Positions 54,701 through 64,000 of a stretch of 64,000 bases of DNA are shown piece after piece (position 1 is the first letter of the stretch; each line of letters starts with the position of its first letter). Made by a program: the position numbers and the translations under genes. The notes under the pieces were generated by a model. That model was not told where the DNA came from and searched no databases. It saw nothing but the letters and a program-made list of their open reading frames with translations. Location: the sequence record PV261925.1. One strand, given 5' to 3'.

Positions 54701-55613
54701 GACTGATTGTAGCAACACCAGTTACTCTTAAGTCGTGAGTAGTGGTGATACCAGTAACATTTAATGTCTTTGCAGTGGCAACACCCAGTGTGGTGACACC
54801 AATAACTTCCAATGAAGTTGCGGATGAGATGTAACCACTTTGAAGATTGGTTGCAATACCAGCAAATCTTGCTCTTCTTACATCAAGTTGAGCCTTAGGG
54901 TCAATATAAATTGGAGTTGATGTACCCTGAGCAAGAATAATATTACCTGTAACACCGACAGGCATAAATGTGGTGGAGTTTAATCCATCCTGAACTGGAA
55001 TTCTACCAGCAGAACCACCTTTTAAGTTGGTTGAGATACCAGCACTATCGGCATATGCTACGTTAATTGCAGCAAGAGATGTCCAAGTTGGTGCTAAAGC
55101 ACCGTTTGACTGAAGAATTTCGCCTGCAGAACCAGCTGCAGTGAATCCAGTATCATTTGGTCCAATCTGATACAGAACTGCACCAGCAACACCACCTTTG
55201 ACATCAGTTGCAAGACCAGCGTTAGTTGCGTATCCAGCAACCGCCACACCAGTTGCAGAAATTGTAACTCTACCTTGACCAGATAAAGGACTGATTTGAA
55301 CACCAGCACCAGGAACAACTGATGTAACTACACCACTTAAATTAACACCGTCACCGTAATAAGTCGCACCAGTGACGATACCGGCAGTTGTGATACCAGT
55401 GAGATTTGAATTGAAAAGACTTGCACCGTTAGTAGCGGTGATGTAGTTGGCAGTCAGTGCATTACCAACTAAAACACTATTTGTAACACCAAGGCCAAGG
55501 ACAGTTGCAATACCAGTGACTGTAAAATGTCCACTAACAGTCGATGGACCTACAATAATAGGACCAGTATTATTAAACCTATTGGCAATCTTGTCGGCCC
55601 TAAGTAATGACAT
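51789..55613 (-). CDS. Long tail-fibre-like protein (1274 aa)
   Basis: Tandem ~15-aa LGVTGITTT/LEVTGVST repeats; FVTPDGNDENDG..GDSLREV..QGPYIRNCT domain. Confidence 0.8.
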   Translation of the reverse strand: MSLLRADKIANRFNNTGPIIVGPSTVSGHFTVTGIATVLGLGVTNSVLVGNALTANYITATNGASLFNSNLTGITTAGIVTGATYYGDGVNLSGVVTSVVPGAGVQISPLSGQGRVTISATGVAVAGYATNAGLATDVKGGVAGAVLYQIGPNDTGFTAAGSAGEILQSNGALAPTWTSLAAINVAYADSAGISTNLKGGSAGRIPVQDGLNSTTFMPVGVTGNIILAQGTSTPIYIDPKAQLDVRRARFAGIATNLQSGYISSATSLEVIGVTTLGVATAKTLNVTGITTTHDLRVTGVATISQLQIGEEGALVGITTILDEDDMVSNRADALATQQSIRAYVDATRTGIGMTFDADTGGGTIDLDEETFTIKGTTNEIYTIGLGNTVTVGLDTNVTVPNNLVVSGLTSLSGLTTITGQLGVTGITTTQFLDVTGVGTVQTLGVTGVATAQFLEVTGVSTIATLGVSGVTTTQFLQVTGVSTFQGDVTLGAGVTVFNGDFENSNLTGVTTVQNLGVTGITTTHALEVTGVSTLGGYVTAGTGLTVAGTGITATTLNITGVTTLGFTTVTDSLYVSGIASVGAAITMYGQTGIVSATAFYGDGSNLTGVVGLVSVTNILFVTPDGNDENDGYLVSSAKRTVGSALTVAEASTVIKISAGNYSENNPIILPEQVTLLGDSLREVSIIPQNPDEDLIYVANGSYVENLSFTGSLNEGKAIIAFNPDKPSYVTQGPYIRNCTNFISNSIGMKIDGRHVIGDTRAMNVDSYTQLNQGGIGVSISNEGYAQLVSIFTIYNDQSIVCTSGGQCDLTNSNSSFGRLGLVADGIGPQGFIGTVTEAKAAGTNIFPLDIGVDTLTITNAEYDNVTGLTTITTSTNHGFNVGMSVTMKDMTFTCDSQLPVTSFGISTANYDRVSGIMTVQTSVDNNFYVGASVTFAQLVFSCDSGGGVSTAYFPPAPGDNNGAPNHVFDVITVGTSTEFTVNVGPSTITHNYQEGGNVSISTFAPFPSGAYGNIFTVDSVPSNTQFRAYVGVSTLAHTYVSGGEVETFVTRPYDGQVVYLDELYSSISGVTITNGGSGYATPPVVTFSAPSESWGITATGVARLTDGVVTSIDMISNGRGYTGTPTVNIDGAATGTPVILPTYYVVSSATPVVGGISTVTFTENVPYAVGVGTTVPFFKQSRVLASSHAFEYIGSGNTALSALPQRGGVAKPENEVTSKNGGLVIYTSTDQAGNFKIGDGVIINQLEGSITGDAYQRSLFANITPYILALGGGD

Positions 55614-55692
55614 TACCTATAATACTTCTTCCGTTAGTTGTATTTATAATATGTCAAGATAAATATTTTCAATCAATTCAGTATTTAACAAG

Positions 55693-56022
55693 ATGAAAAA
55701 AGGTGAATTTTGTCCCCTAATTCAGAAAAAGTGTGTAGAAAATAAATGTGCTTGGTATACTCAAGTTAGAGGTACAAATCCAAATACTGGTCAAGAAATA
55801 GATGAATGGAAATGTGCGGTTTCATGGATGCCTATGATGGCTGTAGAAATTGCACAAAAGTCAAATCAAACTGGTGCAGCTGTAGAAAGTTTTAGAAACG
55901 AAGTGGTGAATGCAAATCACCAAAATCAAAAGTTGTATGCTCATGCATTACAGCAGGGGATTGTTCAAGCTCAAGTAACTCCGTATCCCCCTATTGATAC
56001 ATTACCTCCAGGTCAAGGATAG
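55693..56022 (+). CDS. Cys-rich tail-fibre-associated protein; only confident plus-strand gene
   Basis: CPLIQKKCVENKCAWY..EWKCAVSW..AAVESFRNE; TAAATA at 55660-55665 on the plus strand. Confidence 0.8.
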   Translation: MKKGEFCPLIQKKCVENKCAWYTQVRGTNPNTGQEIDEWKCAVSWMPMMAVEIAQKSNQTGAAVESFRNEVVNANHQNQKLYAHALQQGIVQAQVTPYPPIDTLPPGQG

Positions 56023-58355
56023 GCATCCTTAGATGCAATGATTACGTCAATATATTGAACTCTGAAGTCCATTGAAGCTCCAGAGGTACCTTCATTGTCA
56101 ACGGTAATACCGTGAGTGTGGTTTGCATTATTAATACCTACACTGGTTCCATGATTATGACTTCCACCACTGTTAATTGAGATTCCAGTTAGTCTATTGC
56201 CACTAACAAAATTAGCACGGGTAGATGCTGCAGCATTAGCACTTCTATTACCAAACTCCTTATTTCCACTAGGTGCGGAATAATCGTGGTTGTGGCCAGG
56301 ATCAGAAATACCGTGAGTGTGTGAACCACCACTTTCAACTGTAACACCATGGCTGTGATTAGCACTCTGATTACCAGATGAAGCAGTGTGATTGTGTCTC
56401 AGTAGTGGAACACTTCTTGTTGCAAAAGTTGAGGTAAACGTATTGTTACCACCCGTACCACCACCACTACCAGACACAACTCTAAGTGCCTTATTATTCT
56501 GAGTTGTTAGTTTAGTCCAACCTGATGGTGCAGATGCCTGATAGAACAACATAGTCGTTCCTGCAGGTATCACTGCAGTTCTTACTTCATCATAAACATC
56601 GGTGACAAGATTTGCTGTTGCTGCTCTGGTAGTTGATGAACTGTTAGGTGGGAAAGTATCATAAAGTTGTACTACACCCTGAGCGGTTGTTGATGCATCA
56701 GGAATTCTATCTGCATTGATAGTACCTTGTGAAATGTTTGAACCATCAAGGTTTGTAAGATTATCACCAGCACCAGTAATATTTGCTGCAGTCAGAGTGT
56801 TAGTAGATGGATTATATGTGAATTGACCTGATTGAGAGTCAATATAAGGTCTTTGATAACCAGCTCCTTGATTGTCACTGAATAATACCTGATAAGTTGT
56901 ATTATTAGATTTTTTATCTACATTAATATTGTCTGCATTGGTTGCAGTACCAGCCAAACCAGCAGTAACCGTTGTGGCTGTGATATTGGTTGATGACAGT
57001 GTATTTGTAGAAGGATTATAAGTTAATCTATCACTATCACTATCAATCAATTGTCTCTGATAGTCTGCACTTCCTGGGTTACTAAATGTAACTTGGAATT
57101 TAGTATTTGCACTGCTTGAGTCAATATTAATATTGTCAGCACCTGTTGCGATACCAGACAAGTTACCAATAACTCTATTGACAGTCAGTCGATTGGTTGA
57201 TGGGTTGTAGGACATCTGTCCATCTTCACTATCAACATACAAGTTTTGATAGTTTGAACCAATACCTAAAGTATCACTAAATGGAACTTGATATGCTACA
57301 TTATCACTCTTCTCTTGAAGACTGACTCTATCAGCACCAGTTGAAACTCCAATCAGAGCAGTCTGGTCTTGTCTGACAGTCAGAATACCAGAACTGACAC
57401 TGAAGTCTGGACCTTTCAGATTATTGATAGTACCAATACCTGAAACATAAATCTGTTCAAAGTCAGCTTGAGTATCACTGTCTAAGAACTGAGAAACTGT
57501 CAGAACACCAACAGTATAGGTTTTATTGTCATTATCAACATAAATCGTACCACCCATACCAGCAACGTTTGATGCTTGATAGTACAGGATGTTAGGTGAA
57601 TTGAATGGAACCTTGAAGGTAACAACACCAACCTGAGCACCATTGTTAGTGACACCATCTGAATACTGATTATTCAGGTCAGCAGTTGGTTGTGTCTTGA
57701 GGTAGAATGGGAAACCACCAGAGTCAAGGTGGAACTCATATTTCTGACCTCTTGAAACATAAATTTCTGGATTGTCAGTGTTCTGAGTGAAACCAATACC
57801 AGGTGGGTCACCCGCAACTAAGAATCTAAAGGTATCACTAGTGACTTCTTCAATATTAAACTTAGTATATACCTCTGCATTATTTGCATCAAGTACATTA
57901 TCTACAGTGACATTAGTAAAGCCAACTGTACCACCAGCAGAAATCTGACCTTCGAGTCGATTACCCTTAATCGTACCAGTGACTTCTACATCACCAAAAA
58001 TATATGCTGCTGTTGTACCAGTGGATACGGGACCATAAAGGTCTAAAGTATAAACTGGTGAGGTTGAACCGATACCAATCTTAGCGTCGAGTTTGTCAAT
58101 CGATACAAAAGTACCACCTACACCAACATCAATACCGTCATTGGCAGTAATGATACCAGTAAAGGCACCTCTTTGAGCTGTAATTGTGGTACCTACTGCA
58201 AGGTCTGAACTTACCTCAGCGTTACCAATTACAACTAATTTTCTATTGGGGGTGGTAGTACCTAGACCAACTTTATCATTGTCAGAATCAGCAAAAATTA
58301 AATTTTCGTTGACCTGTAAACCATTTTTAACGACAAAATCCTTATCTATCGCCAT
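56013..58355 (-). CDS. Tail fibre with C-terminal tail-collar-like domain
   Basis: MAIDKDFVVKNGL; IPAGTTMLFYQASAPSGWTK; H-x-H repeats. Confidence 0.82.
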   Translation of the reverse strand: MAIDKDFVVKNGLQVNENLIFADSDNDKVGLGTTTPNRKLVVIGNAEVSSDLAVGTTITAQRGAFTGIITANDGIDVGVGGTFVSIDKLDAKIGIGSTSPVYTLDLYGPVSTGTTAAYIFGDVEVTGTIKGNRLEGQISAGGTVGFTNVTVDNVLDANNAEVYTKFNIEEVTSDTFRFLVAGDPPGIGFTQNTDNPEIYVSRGQKYEFHLDSGGFPFYLKTQPTADLNNQYSDGVTNNGAQVGVVTFKVPFNSPNILYYQASNVAGMGGTIYVDNDNKTYTVGVLTVSQFLDSDTQADFEQIYVSGIGTINNLKGPDFSVSSGILTVRQDQTALIGVSTGADRVSLQEKSDNVAYQVPFSDTLGIGSNYQNLYVDSEDGQMSYNPSTNRLTVNRVIGNLSGIATGADNINIDSSSANTKFQVTFSNPGSADYQRQLIDSDSDRLTYNPSTNTLSSTNITATTVTAGLAGTATNADNINVDKKSNNTTYQVLFSDNQGAGYQRPYIDSQSGQFTYNPSTNTLTAANITGAGDNLTNLDGSNISQGTINADRIPDASTTAQGVVQLYDTFPPNSSSTTRAATANLVTDVYDEVRTAVIPAGTTMLFYQASAPSGWTKLTTQNNKALRVVSGSGGGTGGNNTFTSTFATRSVPLLRHNHTASSGNQSANHSHGVTVESGGSHTHGISDPGHNHDYSAPSGNKEFGNRSANAAASTRANFVSGNRLTGISINSGGSHNHGTSVGINNANHTHGITVDNEGTSGASMDFRVQYIDVIIASKDAYP

Positions 58356-58392
58356 TTGGGTTCACTCTCCCCCACTATTTTTTTATTATTTA

Positions 58393-61300
58393 TCAACTAC
58401 TGATAGTACCAAATGTCTTCCACTCATTGTTAGTTGTGTAGACCCAACCAACTGTTCCACCACTTGCTGGGTTTGCATTGTAAACGATATCACCAGGGTT
58501 ACCAGCATCAGATGGAGTGGCAATACCGACAGTGATTTTTCTAGACACCTGGGCATTACCTTGAATGAAGATGTTATTGGCTTCAATACCTTCAGATGAA
58601 GTACTGACTACCTTTTTGGTGAATTGAACAGGACCATTGAACTCTGAGAGAATGTTGGACTTGTCACCACCATCAACAACAACGTTTCTTTCAATCTTAA
58701 CCACAGAACTATCAACAAAGTTGAAATCGGAAACATCGTTTGTAGAACCAACCGTATATGGGTCTTCTCCACATATCGTTTGAACTGGCGTATCATAAAC
58801 TTGTTCTCTACCAGTATTAGATGCGATTCTCTTATTACCAATAAAGAAGTCACCTCTATCATTCATACCAGTGTAGTTGACAACACCACCACTAGTGGAC
58901 TGTGATTGAGCAGTAATTTGTTGATCAAGTGTAAGTTGTTTTGTTTGCTTATCAGGGAATGCGGTTGAGTAGTTACCTGGACCATAACCAAGATATTCAA
59001 ATGTGTGTGCAGATGCTCTGATCAGTGAGTTTCTTCTAAATTCGATAGGATAGAAAAGAATTCTCTGAACTACTGAACCAGATACATGGGTATCTGCGAT
59101 AGAACCATAAACACCTCTGAATACCTTCAATTGTGTTACACCAGAAGTTCTACTTACAGTGGTCTTGATTCTCATGATTTCATCATTGACTTGAATGTAA
59201 TCACCAATCAAGAAACCAAAGTCTGTCATATTTGATACGTTAATTGTATCAGTGGTTTTACTTGTAATAGCCGCAGACAATGTAGTTGTGATACCAGCAT
59301 AAATTGGTGTCTCTCTACCATGAAGTCTACCATTACCAACTACCAAATCACCAAAGTTATTTCTAATACCACCACTGTGAAGTCTGATAGTTCCACCAGT
59401 CACAGGAGTGACGGTATTGACACCAACTTGAAGAACAACAGTTGTCAGACCAATCTTATCAACACAAACAAATGAACCATTGTAGAATGTCTGCGCAGCA
59501 CCACTGATGACTACACTGTTATTAACTCTAAAGTTGTTTGCATAGTCTGTAGTTACTGTTGCAAGTCCAACATCCTTATTATAAACAAAATTGCTCGTAT
59601 CATATGCAGGACCGATGACAGAGAATGCAGCTGGGGCACATATATTGTTTCCAAGACCAACTGTTGTGATACCTGGTGATACTGGTGCCAATGGTTCTAC
59701 TTCAATCTCTTTAATTCCAGGAATTGAAGTCACTCTATAAAGTGAATTGTATGCTCTTCCATCATAATCATTGATACCAGCAATTCTAATGGTGTCGTTT
59801 CTGTTATCATAAATCTTGTTGACAGAACCTGTTGCTGCACTAAATCCAGTGGTTGTTGCAATACCAACAACTCTGAAAGTATCACCCTCGACGAATGCAG
59901 TACCACCATCCATGACAGCAATGTCAATAATTTCACCTGTCGATGTTCCATCTACAGTAACCAATGCTGTTGCATTTCTACCAAGTGAACCAGCACCAAG
60001 GTTTTCAAGTGTTGCATTATAATAGTATTGAATGGTTGATGAACCATCACCATATCCAGCCCCTGGGTTATCAATAACTGCTCTGGTAATTCTGTTACAA
60101 CCATGGTCAGTATCAGTAAAGATTGTATATGCAGTACCAACGTTATTTGATACAATATCTGTAATACCAGCACCAACTCCACTATCACTAAAGAGTTCTT
60201 CTAAAGTCTCTCCAGTGATACTATTGGTGGGATTATTAATAACCGTCTCACCGATATTACTTGGAATAGCATAACATGCTGCAGATGTTGCAGTTGATTT
60301 TGGATTGTCTCTATCTAACTGTGGATAAAGATTTCCGACAGGTTGTGAGAATGCATATTCTTCAACATTGAATGGTGCAACAGATGGTTTTACATCAGCA
60401 TTAAGAACACTCAGGTAATAGATACCATCTTGCTCTCCATTCTTATAGTCATTAATAGTTTCTACATTATAAACGTAAAAGTCCTTAGAGAATTTCTTTC
60501 TCTTGACTGTTGGAAGTGCAGTGGTTCTCTGTGAAGTATTGTTAGTAAAGGTACCAGGACTTGATCGAATCTGATTTACCGAGAATGTTCTTGCACTACT
60601 GATACCAGTGACCTCGTATGTACCGTTGAAACCAGAATTACCAACACCTACAGTTGGGAAGAGTGTACTTGTAACATTATTAATCTCAACGGTTGAACCA
60701 ATAGAAAGACCATGTGGTTTTTCAGTGGTATAGAATGCAAGTCCTGACCTGTAATCAACATTAGCAATAAAACTAAAGTTTCTCATTTGAGCATCATTGC
60801 TCATCGTAACAGAACCAGGGTTGAAATCAAGTGCAATCTCTGTATTTGATGTACTAGTTACATCGCTAGACTGTTGAATCACATAACCATCCAGAGGTGG
60901 TCTTGCTGAATCAGAACCTGTAGATGATGGAATGACGAATCTTACTTTATGAATTCTATCTGCAGATTGTCTGGTATCTTTCAGTCTTGTGATGTAAGAC
61001 CTTGGGGTTGCATCACCTAATCCACCACCAACAACTTTTGTGTACAGATTATTTTCAGTAGAAGCAGATGAGACATTAACATACCATTGACGTTCTGTCG
61101 TATCATATTGAACTGGGTGACCTACATCACCAGCATCCTTATCACCAACTCTACTCTCTACAATCAGAGTATCACCAAGATTGTTGATAGAAATCTTGTT
61201 TCCTGACAGTGAGTCGTTAAATGATTGTGCAAGTTGTAATTGATTACCACCCAGACCATCAACGATAGAGAAGTATACTTTATTACTCTCTAAACCATCA

Positions 61301-63294
61301 GGAAGTCTACCGTCATTTGAAATGACTCTAATCGATTCACCTTGAATGAACTGGTGGTCCTCTGTAAAGGTAAATGTAGAGTTTGTGATACTATTGCCAG
61401 TTGATACATTTCTACCAACCCTGGCCATTTTTGATCCTGTTGCCTTCTTGGTAGCATATGCAGTGTTGTCCATGACAACTCTTGCTCTGAATACTTCAGG
61501 TGTACCACTTACAGGAATGACAACATTAATATTTTCTGTTTTCTTTGAACCAAATCTATAACCCTGAATGGTCGTATTAGGTGCCTCATCAGGATTGGTG
61601 AAGTTATAAAGATAAAGTCTTGAAGTATCTCCAACAGATGTTGTCTTTGTTACATCGATAGATGAGAACTCTACTGTTGCAATTTCTGGCTTAAGTGCCT
61701 TTGGTGGGATAATTTGAGTAATGTAACCAACATCATCCTGTGAGAATACATTATTCTTATATCCTCTTGAAGTCAGAGCAATCTGACCAAAGTTGGAGTT
61801 TGAGTTTGTGACAGAAAAATCACCACCAGACTCAGCTAAGAATTGATTTGAATATCCAATTGCGAAAATGGATACCAATTGCATGAATCCATTATTGGAT
61901 ACCTTAATGTGATAGTTTGAATACTCTGGTTTATATACAGCATCAATGTCAGTGTGTAAATTAGGAATAGTGGTTGAATCATCAAACGAGCCACTATTTT
62001 GATTATACTTGACAAATGCGTTGTCATCAACTTGAAGACCTACACCAGTATATTGTGCAGCAACCATGGATTTGAAACCCGTTGCCTTACTACCATCGGC
62101 ATGCATACCACACATACCAAAAATAGATCTCAATGACACATTGAAGATATAGGGAGATGCAGAAGTAACAGTATCAGTAGAAAGAACTACACTTGTACCA
62201 GTTGGGTTAGGAAGTGCGTCACCTGGAGCTACAGGAACTTCATACTTAAATCCTGTAACACCAATTTCATTAGTAGAGGTGATTTCTGTGACAAGATAAG
62301 TACCGTTATATCTCTTATCGGTTACATCATTAATGATAACGTTAGTATCAACATTAAGACCAATGATCGCATTTGACAATTTAACATCAATGACAGAAGT
62401 TGGTGTGATACCATCACCTGCCTTGATACTGTTGATACCTACTTCACCAGAGACAGGTCCAACAATTCTATATTCATCAATTCTTGGTTCAATATCTACA
62501 TTCGCACTTGGATAATCAGGTTCAATCTCTCTTCCACTTGCTGGACCATATACAATACCAATCTTCTCATAATACATATCCAAATCAGTACGGTCTGTTG
62601 AATATGAAATAAAGTCGTCATAGATATTGACTTTATTATTACCGTCCGCATATTCAAAAACAGTCAGTTTGTGGTGTGAAAATGTTGGTTTGAATTTGTT
62701 TGTCGTATAATCTTTATATGCTGGTTTTTGTGGATCAGCATCTTTGATAGTACAACTGTTCAGATAACAACCACCAGTTACTCTTAAGATTGCTGAGGGT
62801 TCAATTGCATTATTTTCAGGGTTTGGAACATAAATCGGACGAATCACACATTTTCTAAGATCCTGTCCAACAACAGATACACCACGAGGCATAATAACAC
62901 CACCATGGATACTATTCAGTTTATAGAGAATATTGTTGGTATCAAAGATATCGAAGTTTGATGTGTTACTAAAAGCAGTAAAATCAGAAGAAGTTATACC
63001 ATTCCTCTGTAGAAACGTATTTCCTCCAGTCGGAATCCAACCAGGTCTATTATCAATGTGGTGGACACCTGGTGACAAATAAATTGTAGTCTTTTCAAAC
63101 CTATCATTATCTTTACCTTTCTGATAGGAGAACCTTGATGCCTCTACCAGAGCTCTTTGAATGGTTTTGAATGGACGTGCAAGAGAATTACCTTGGTTCT
63201 CTACCCCATCAGTTGCATCCAAATTGTTTGGATCAACATACAGAATATTTCCCTTAACGTTCTTCAGAAAATTATCTAAGCGAGATAATGGCAT
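58393..63294 (-). CDS. Large virion structural / fibre protein (1633 aa)
   Basis: MPLSRLDNFLKN..YVDPN..PFKTIQRAL; SPYIFNVSLRS..GMCGMHADGSK. Confidence 0.85.
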   Translation of the reverse strand: MPLSRLDNFLKNVKGNILYVDPNNLDATDGVENQGNSLARPFKTIQRALVEASRFSYQKGKDNDRFEKTTIYLSPGVHHIDNRPGWIPTGGNTFLQRNGITSSDFTAFSNTSNFDIFDTNNILYKLNSIHGGVIMPRGVSVVGQDLRKCVIRPIYVPNPENNAIEPSAILRVTGGCYLNSCTIKDADPQKPAYKDYTTNKFKPTFSHHKLTVFEYADGNNKVNIYDDFISYSTDRTDLDMYYEKIGIVYGPASGREIEPDYPSANVDIEPRIDEYRIVGPVSGEVGINSIKAGDGITPTSVIDVKLSNAIIGLNVDTNVIINDVTDKRYNGTYLVTEITSTNEIGVTGFKYEVPVAPGDALPNPTGTSVVLSTDTVTSASPYIFNVSLRSIFGMCGMHADGSKATGFKSMVAAQYTGVGLQVDDNAFVKYNQNSGSFDDSTTIPNLHTDIDAVYKPEYSNYHIKVSNNGFMQLVSIFAIGYSNQFLAESGGDFSVTNSNSNFGQIALTSRGYKNNVFSQDDVGYITQIIPPKALKPEIATVEFSSIDVTKTTSVGDTSRLYLYNFTNPDEAPNTTIQGYRFGSKKTENINVVIPVSGTPEVFRARVVMDNTAYATKKATGSKMARVGRNVSTGNSITNSTFTFTEDHQFIQGESIRVISNDGRLPDGLESNKVYFSIVDGLGGNQLQLAQSFNDSLSGNKISINNLGDTLIVESRVGDKDAGDVGHPVQYDTTERQWYVNVSSASTENNLYTKVVGGGLGDATPRSYITRLKDTRQSADRIHKVRFVIPSSTGSDSARPPLDGYVIQQSSDVTSTSNTEIALDFNPGSVTMSNDAQMRNFSFIANVDYRSGLAFYTTEKPHGLSIGSTVEINNVTSTLFPTVGVGNSGFNGTYEVTGISSARTFSVNQIRSSPGTFTNNTSQRTTALPTVKRKKFSKDFYVYNVETINDYKNGEQDGIYYLSVLNADVKPSVAPFNVEEYAFSQPVGNLYPQLDRDNPKSTATSAACYAIPSNIGETVINNPTNSITGETLEELFSDSGVGAGITDIVSNNVGTAYTIFTDTDHGCNRITRAVIDNPGAGYGDGSSTIQYYYNATLENLGAGSLGRNATALVTVDGTSTGEIIDIAVMDGGTAFVEGDTFRVVGIATTTGFSAATGSVNKIYDNRNDTIRIAGINDYDGRAYNSLYRVTSIPGIKEIEVEPLAPVSPGITTVGLGNNICAPAAFSVIGPAYDTSNFVYNKDVGLATVTTDYANNFRVNNSVVISGAAQTFYNGSFVCVDKIGLTTVVLQVGVNTVTPVTGGTIRLHSGGIRNNFGDLVVGNGRLHGRETPIYAGITTTLSAAITSKTTDTINVSNMTDFGFLIGDYIQVNDEIMRIKTTVSRTSGVTQLKVFRGVYGSIADTHVSGSVVQRILFYPIEFRRNSLIRASAHTFEYLGYGPGNYSTAFPDKQTKQLTLDQQITAQSQSTSGGVVNYTGMNDRGDFFIGNKRIASNTGREQVYDTPVQTICGEDPYTVGSTNDVSDFNFVDSSVVKIERNVVVDGGDKSNILSEFNGPVQFTKKVVSTSSEGIEANNIFIQGNAQVSRKITVGIATPSDAGNPGDIVYNANPASGGTVGWVYTTNNEWKTFGTISS

Positions 63295-63335
63295 CTGTCT
63301 TGCACACGATATCTATTATTAGATATTTATTACAT

Positions 63336-63359
63336 AAAAAAACCACCCAGAGGGTGGTT
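63336..63359 (-). terminator. Rho-independent terminator
   Basis: AACCACCC-TCT-GGGTGGTT followed by a T-tract; late promoter TAAATA just downstream at ~63324-63329. Confidence 0.8.
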
Positions 63360-63405
63360 GATTAGCAACAGAGTGCTTCCTTCACACGGCTCTAATATTA
63401 TAACA

Positions 63406-63720
63406 CTAGATCATATCATTGTCAAGTAGATACTCTACTGTGTTAGCAACATCATTCATCGCATCACGAAGTTCTTCTCGATTTCCACTCTCCATAATCT
63501 TGAGATTTTCGTCAGAAGTGAGTGTCCATCTCCATTCCTCCATATCGTTGGAATACCAGAAATTGACTTTCATGTGTTTTGTGTAGTGACTACTTTCACA
63601 CCGAAAATACAATCTAAGTTGTATTTCCTTCTCATCATTATATATCTCAGGTTCAGGGGTCTTGTAAGGATTTCTGGATTTGACATATATTTTGTCGTAT
63701 TTGGTTGGTGTAAGTGGCAT
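63406..63720 (-). CDS. Hypothetical protein (probable start MKVNFWYS at 63573)
   Basis: WRWTLT..MESGN..LRDAMNDVANTVEY. Confidence 0.7.
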   Translation of the reverse strand: MPLTPTKYDKIYVKSRNPYKTPEPEIYNDEKEIQLRLYFRCESSHYTKHMKVNFWYSNDMEEWRWTLTSDENLKIMESGNREELRDAMNDVANTVEYLLDNDMI

Positions 63721-63777
63721 GTATGTTTCGTATTAGGTAGTATTCTAACAACGAATAATAAAACACTCAATTCATAA

Positions 63778-63862
63778 TAGGAACGGGGAGACTTGAACTC
63801 CCACGGACATAATGCCCAACTGATTTTAAGTCAGGTGCGTCTACCGATTCCGCCACGCTCCC
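63778..63862 (-). tRNA. trnL: tRNA-Leu, anticodon UAA
   Basis: GGGAGCG/CGTTCCT acceptor stem, TGGCGGAATCGGTAGACG D-arm, CTTAAAA anticodon loop, long variable arm, GTTCAAGTC T-loop; CCA not encoded. Confidence 0.95.
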
Positions 63863-63868
63863 AAAAAA

Positions 63869-64000
63869 TCAGGTAATAGGATTACCCAGTTTATCGTAGG
63901 TTGGTGGATTTAGACGACAATACTCATTAAATGTGATTTTCATCTCTTTGTACGTCAGACCACAATTATTTGCTGCTTCTGGTAAATTCCATTTTGCGGA
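63869..64000 (-). CDS. C-terminal part of a hypothetical protein
   Basis: AKWNLPEAANNCGLTYKEMKITFNEYCRLNPPTYDKLGNPIT*. Confidence 0.65.
   Translation of the reverse strand, partial: SAKWNLPEAANNCGLTYKEMKITFNEYCRLNPPTYDKLGNPIT

Noticed and set aside
55660-56030. Invertible (shufflon-like) segment around the plus-strand gene
   Set aside because: No flanking inverted repeats found and no invertase; only a short direct GTCAAG(G)ATA similarity
3-63777. Numerous plus-strand and nested alternative-frame ORFs in the track (e.g. 8694-8978, 9045-9419, 24250-24666, 46186-46539, 58186-58599)
   Set aside because: Antisense or out-of-frame shadows of well-supported minus-strand genes, with no recognisable motifs

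Overview
64 kb of a T4-like marine cyanomyovirus genome (Kyanoviridae-type, Synechococcus/Prochlorococcus phage), with almost all genes on the minus strand. From the right end in gene order: tRNA-Leu(UAA); a ~32 kb block of virion, tail-fibre and receptor-binding-protein (RBP) genes built as late-promoter cassettes (30.8-63.3 kb); an ~18 kb early/accessory region of small ORFs (12.7-30.7 kb); then a glycosyltransferase, a ParB-like protein, a SET-domain protein and baseplate genes gp25, gp6 and gp7 (gp7 runs off the left edge). The accessory region is punctuated by 12 copies of a ~30-bp repeat that abuts gene ends. It carries an SF2 helicase, a ligase-like nucleotidyltransferase, an HNH-AP2 endonuclease, HExxH peptidases and a CP12-like protein. 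The most unusual signal is a family of four intergenic ~45-55-nt hairpins sharing one scaffold: outer stem, 2x6 internal loop containing GUAAG, inner stem and a 16-20-nt variable loop. Their variable loops are antisense to translation-initiation regions. Two pair in cis with the leaders of adjacent homing-endonuclease-type genes. A tandem pair matches the leaders and flanks of the repeat-bounded early cassettes. This is a candidate phage-encoded antisense/guide-like RNA regulatory system. All product calls come from motif recognition by eye; no database searches were run.
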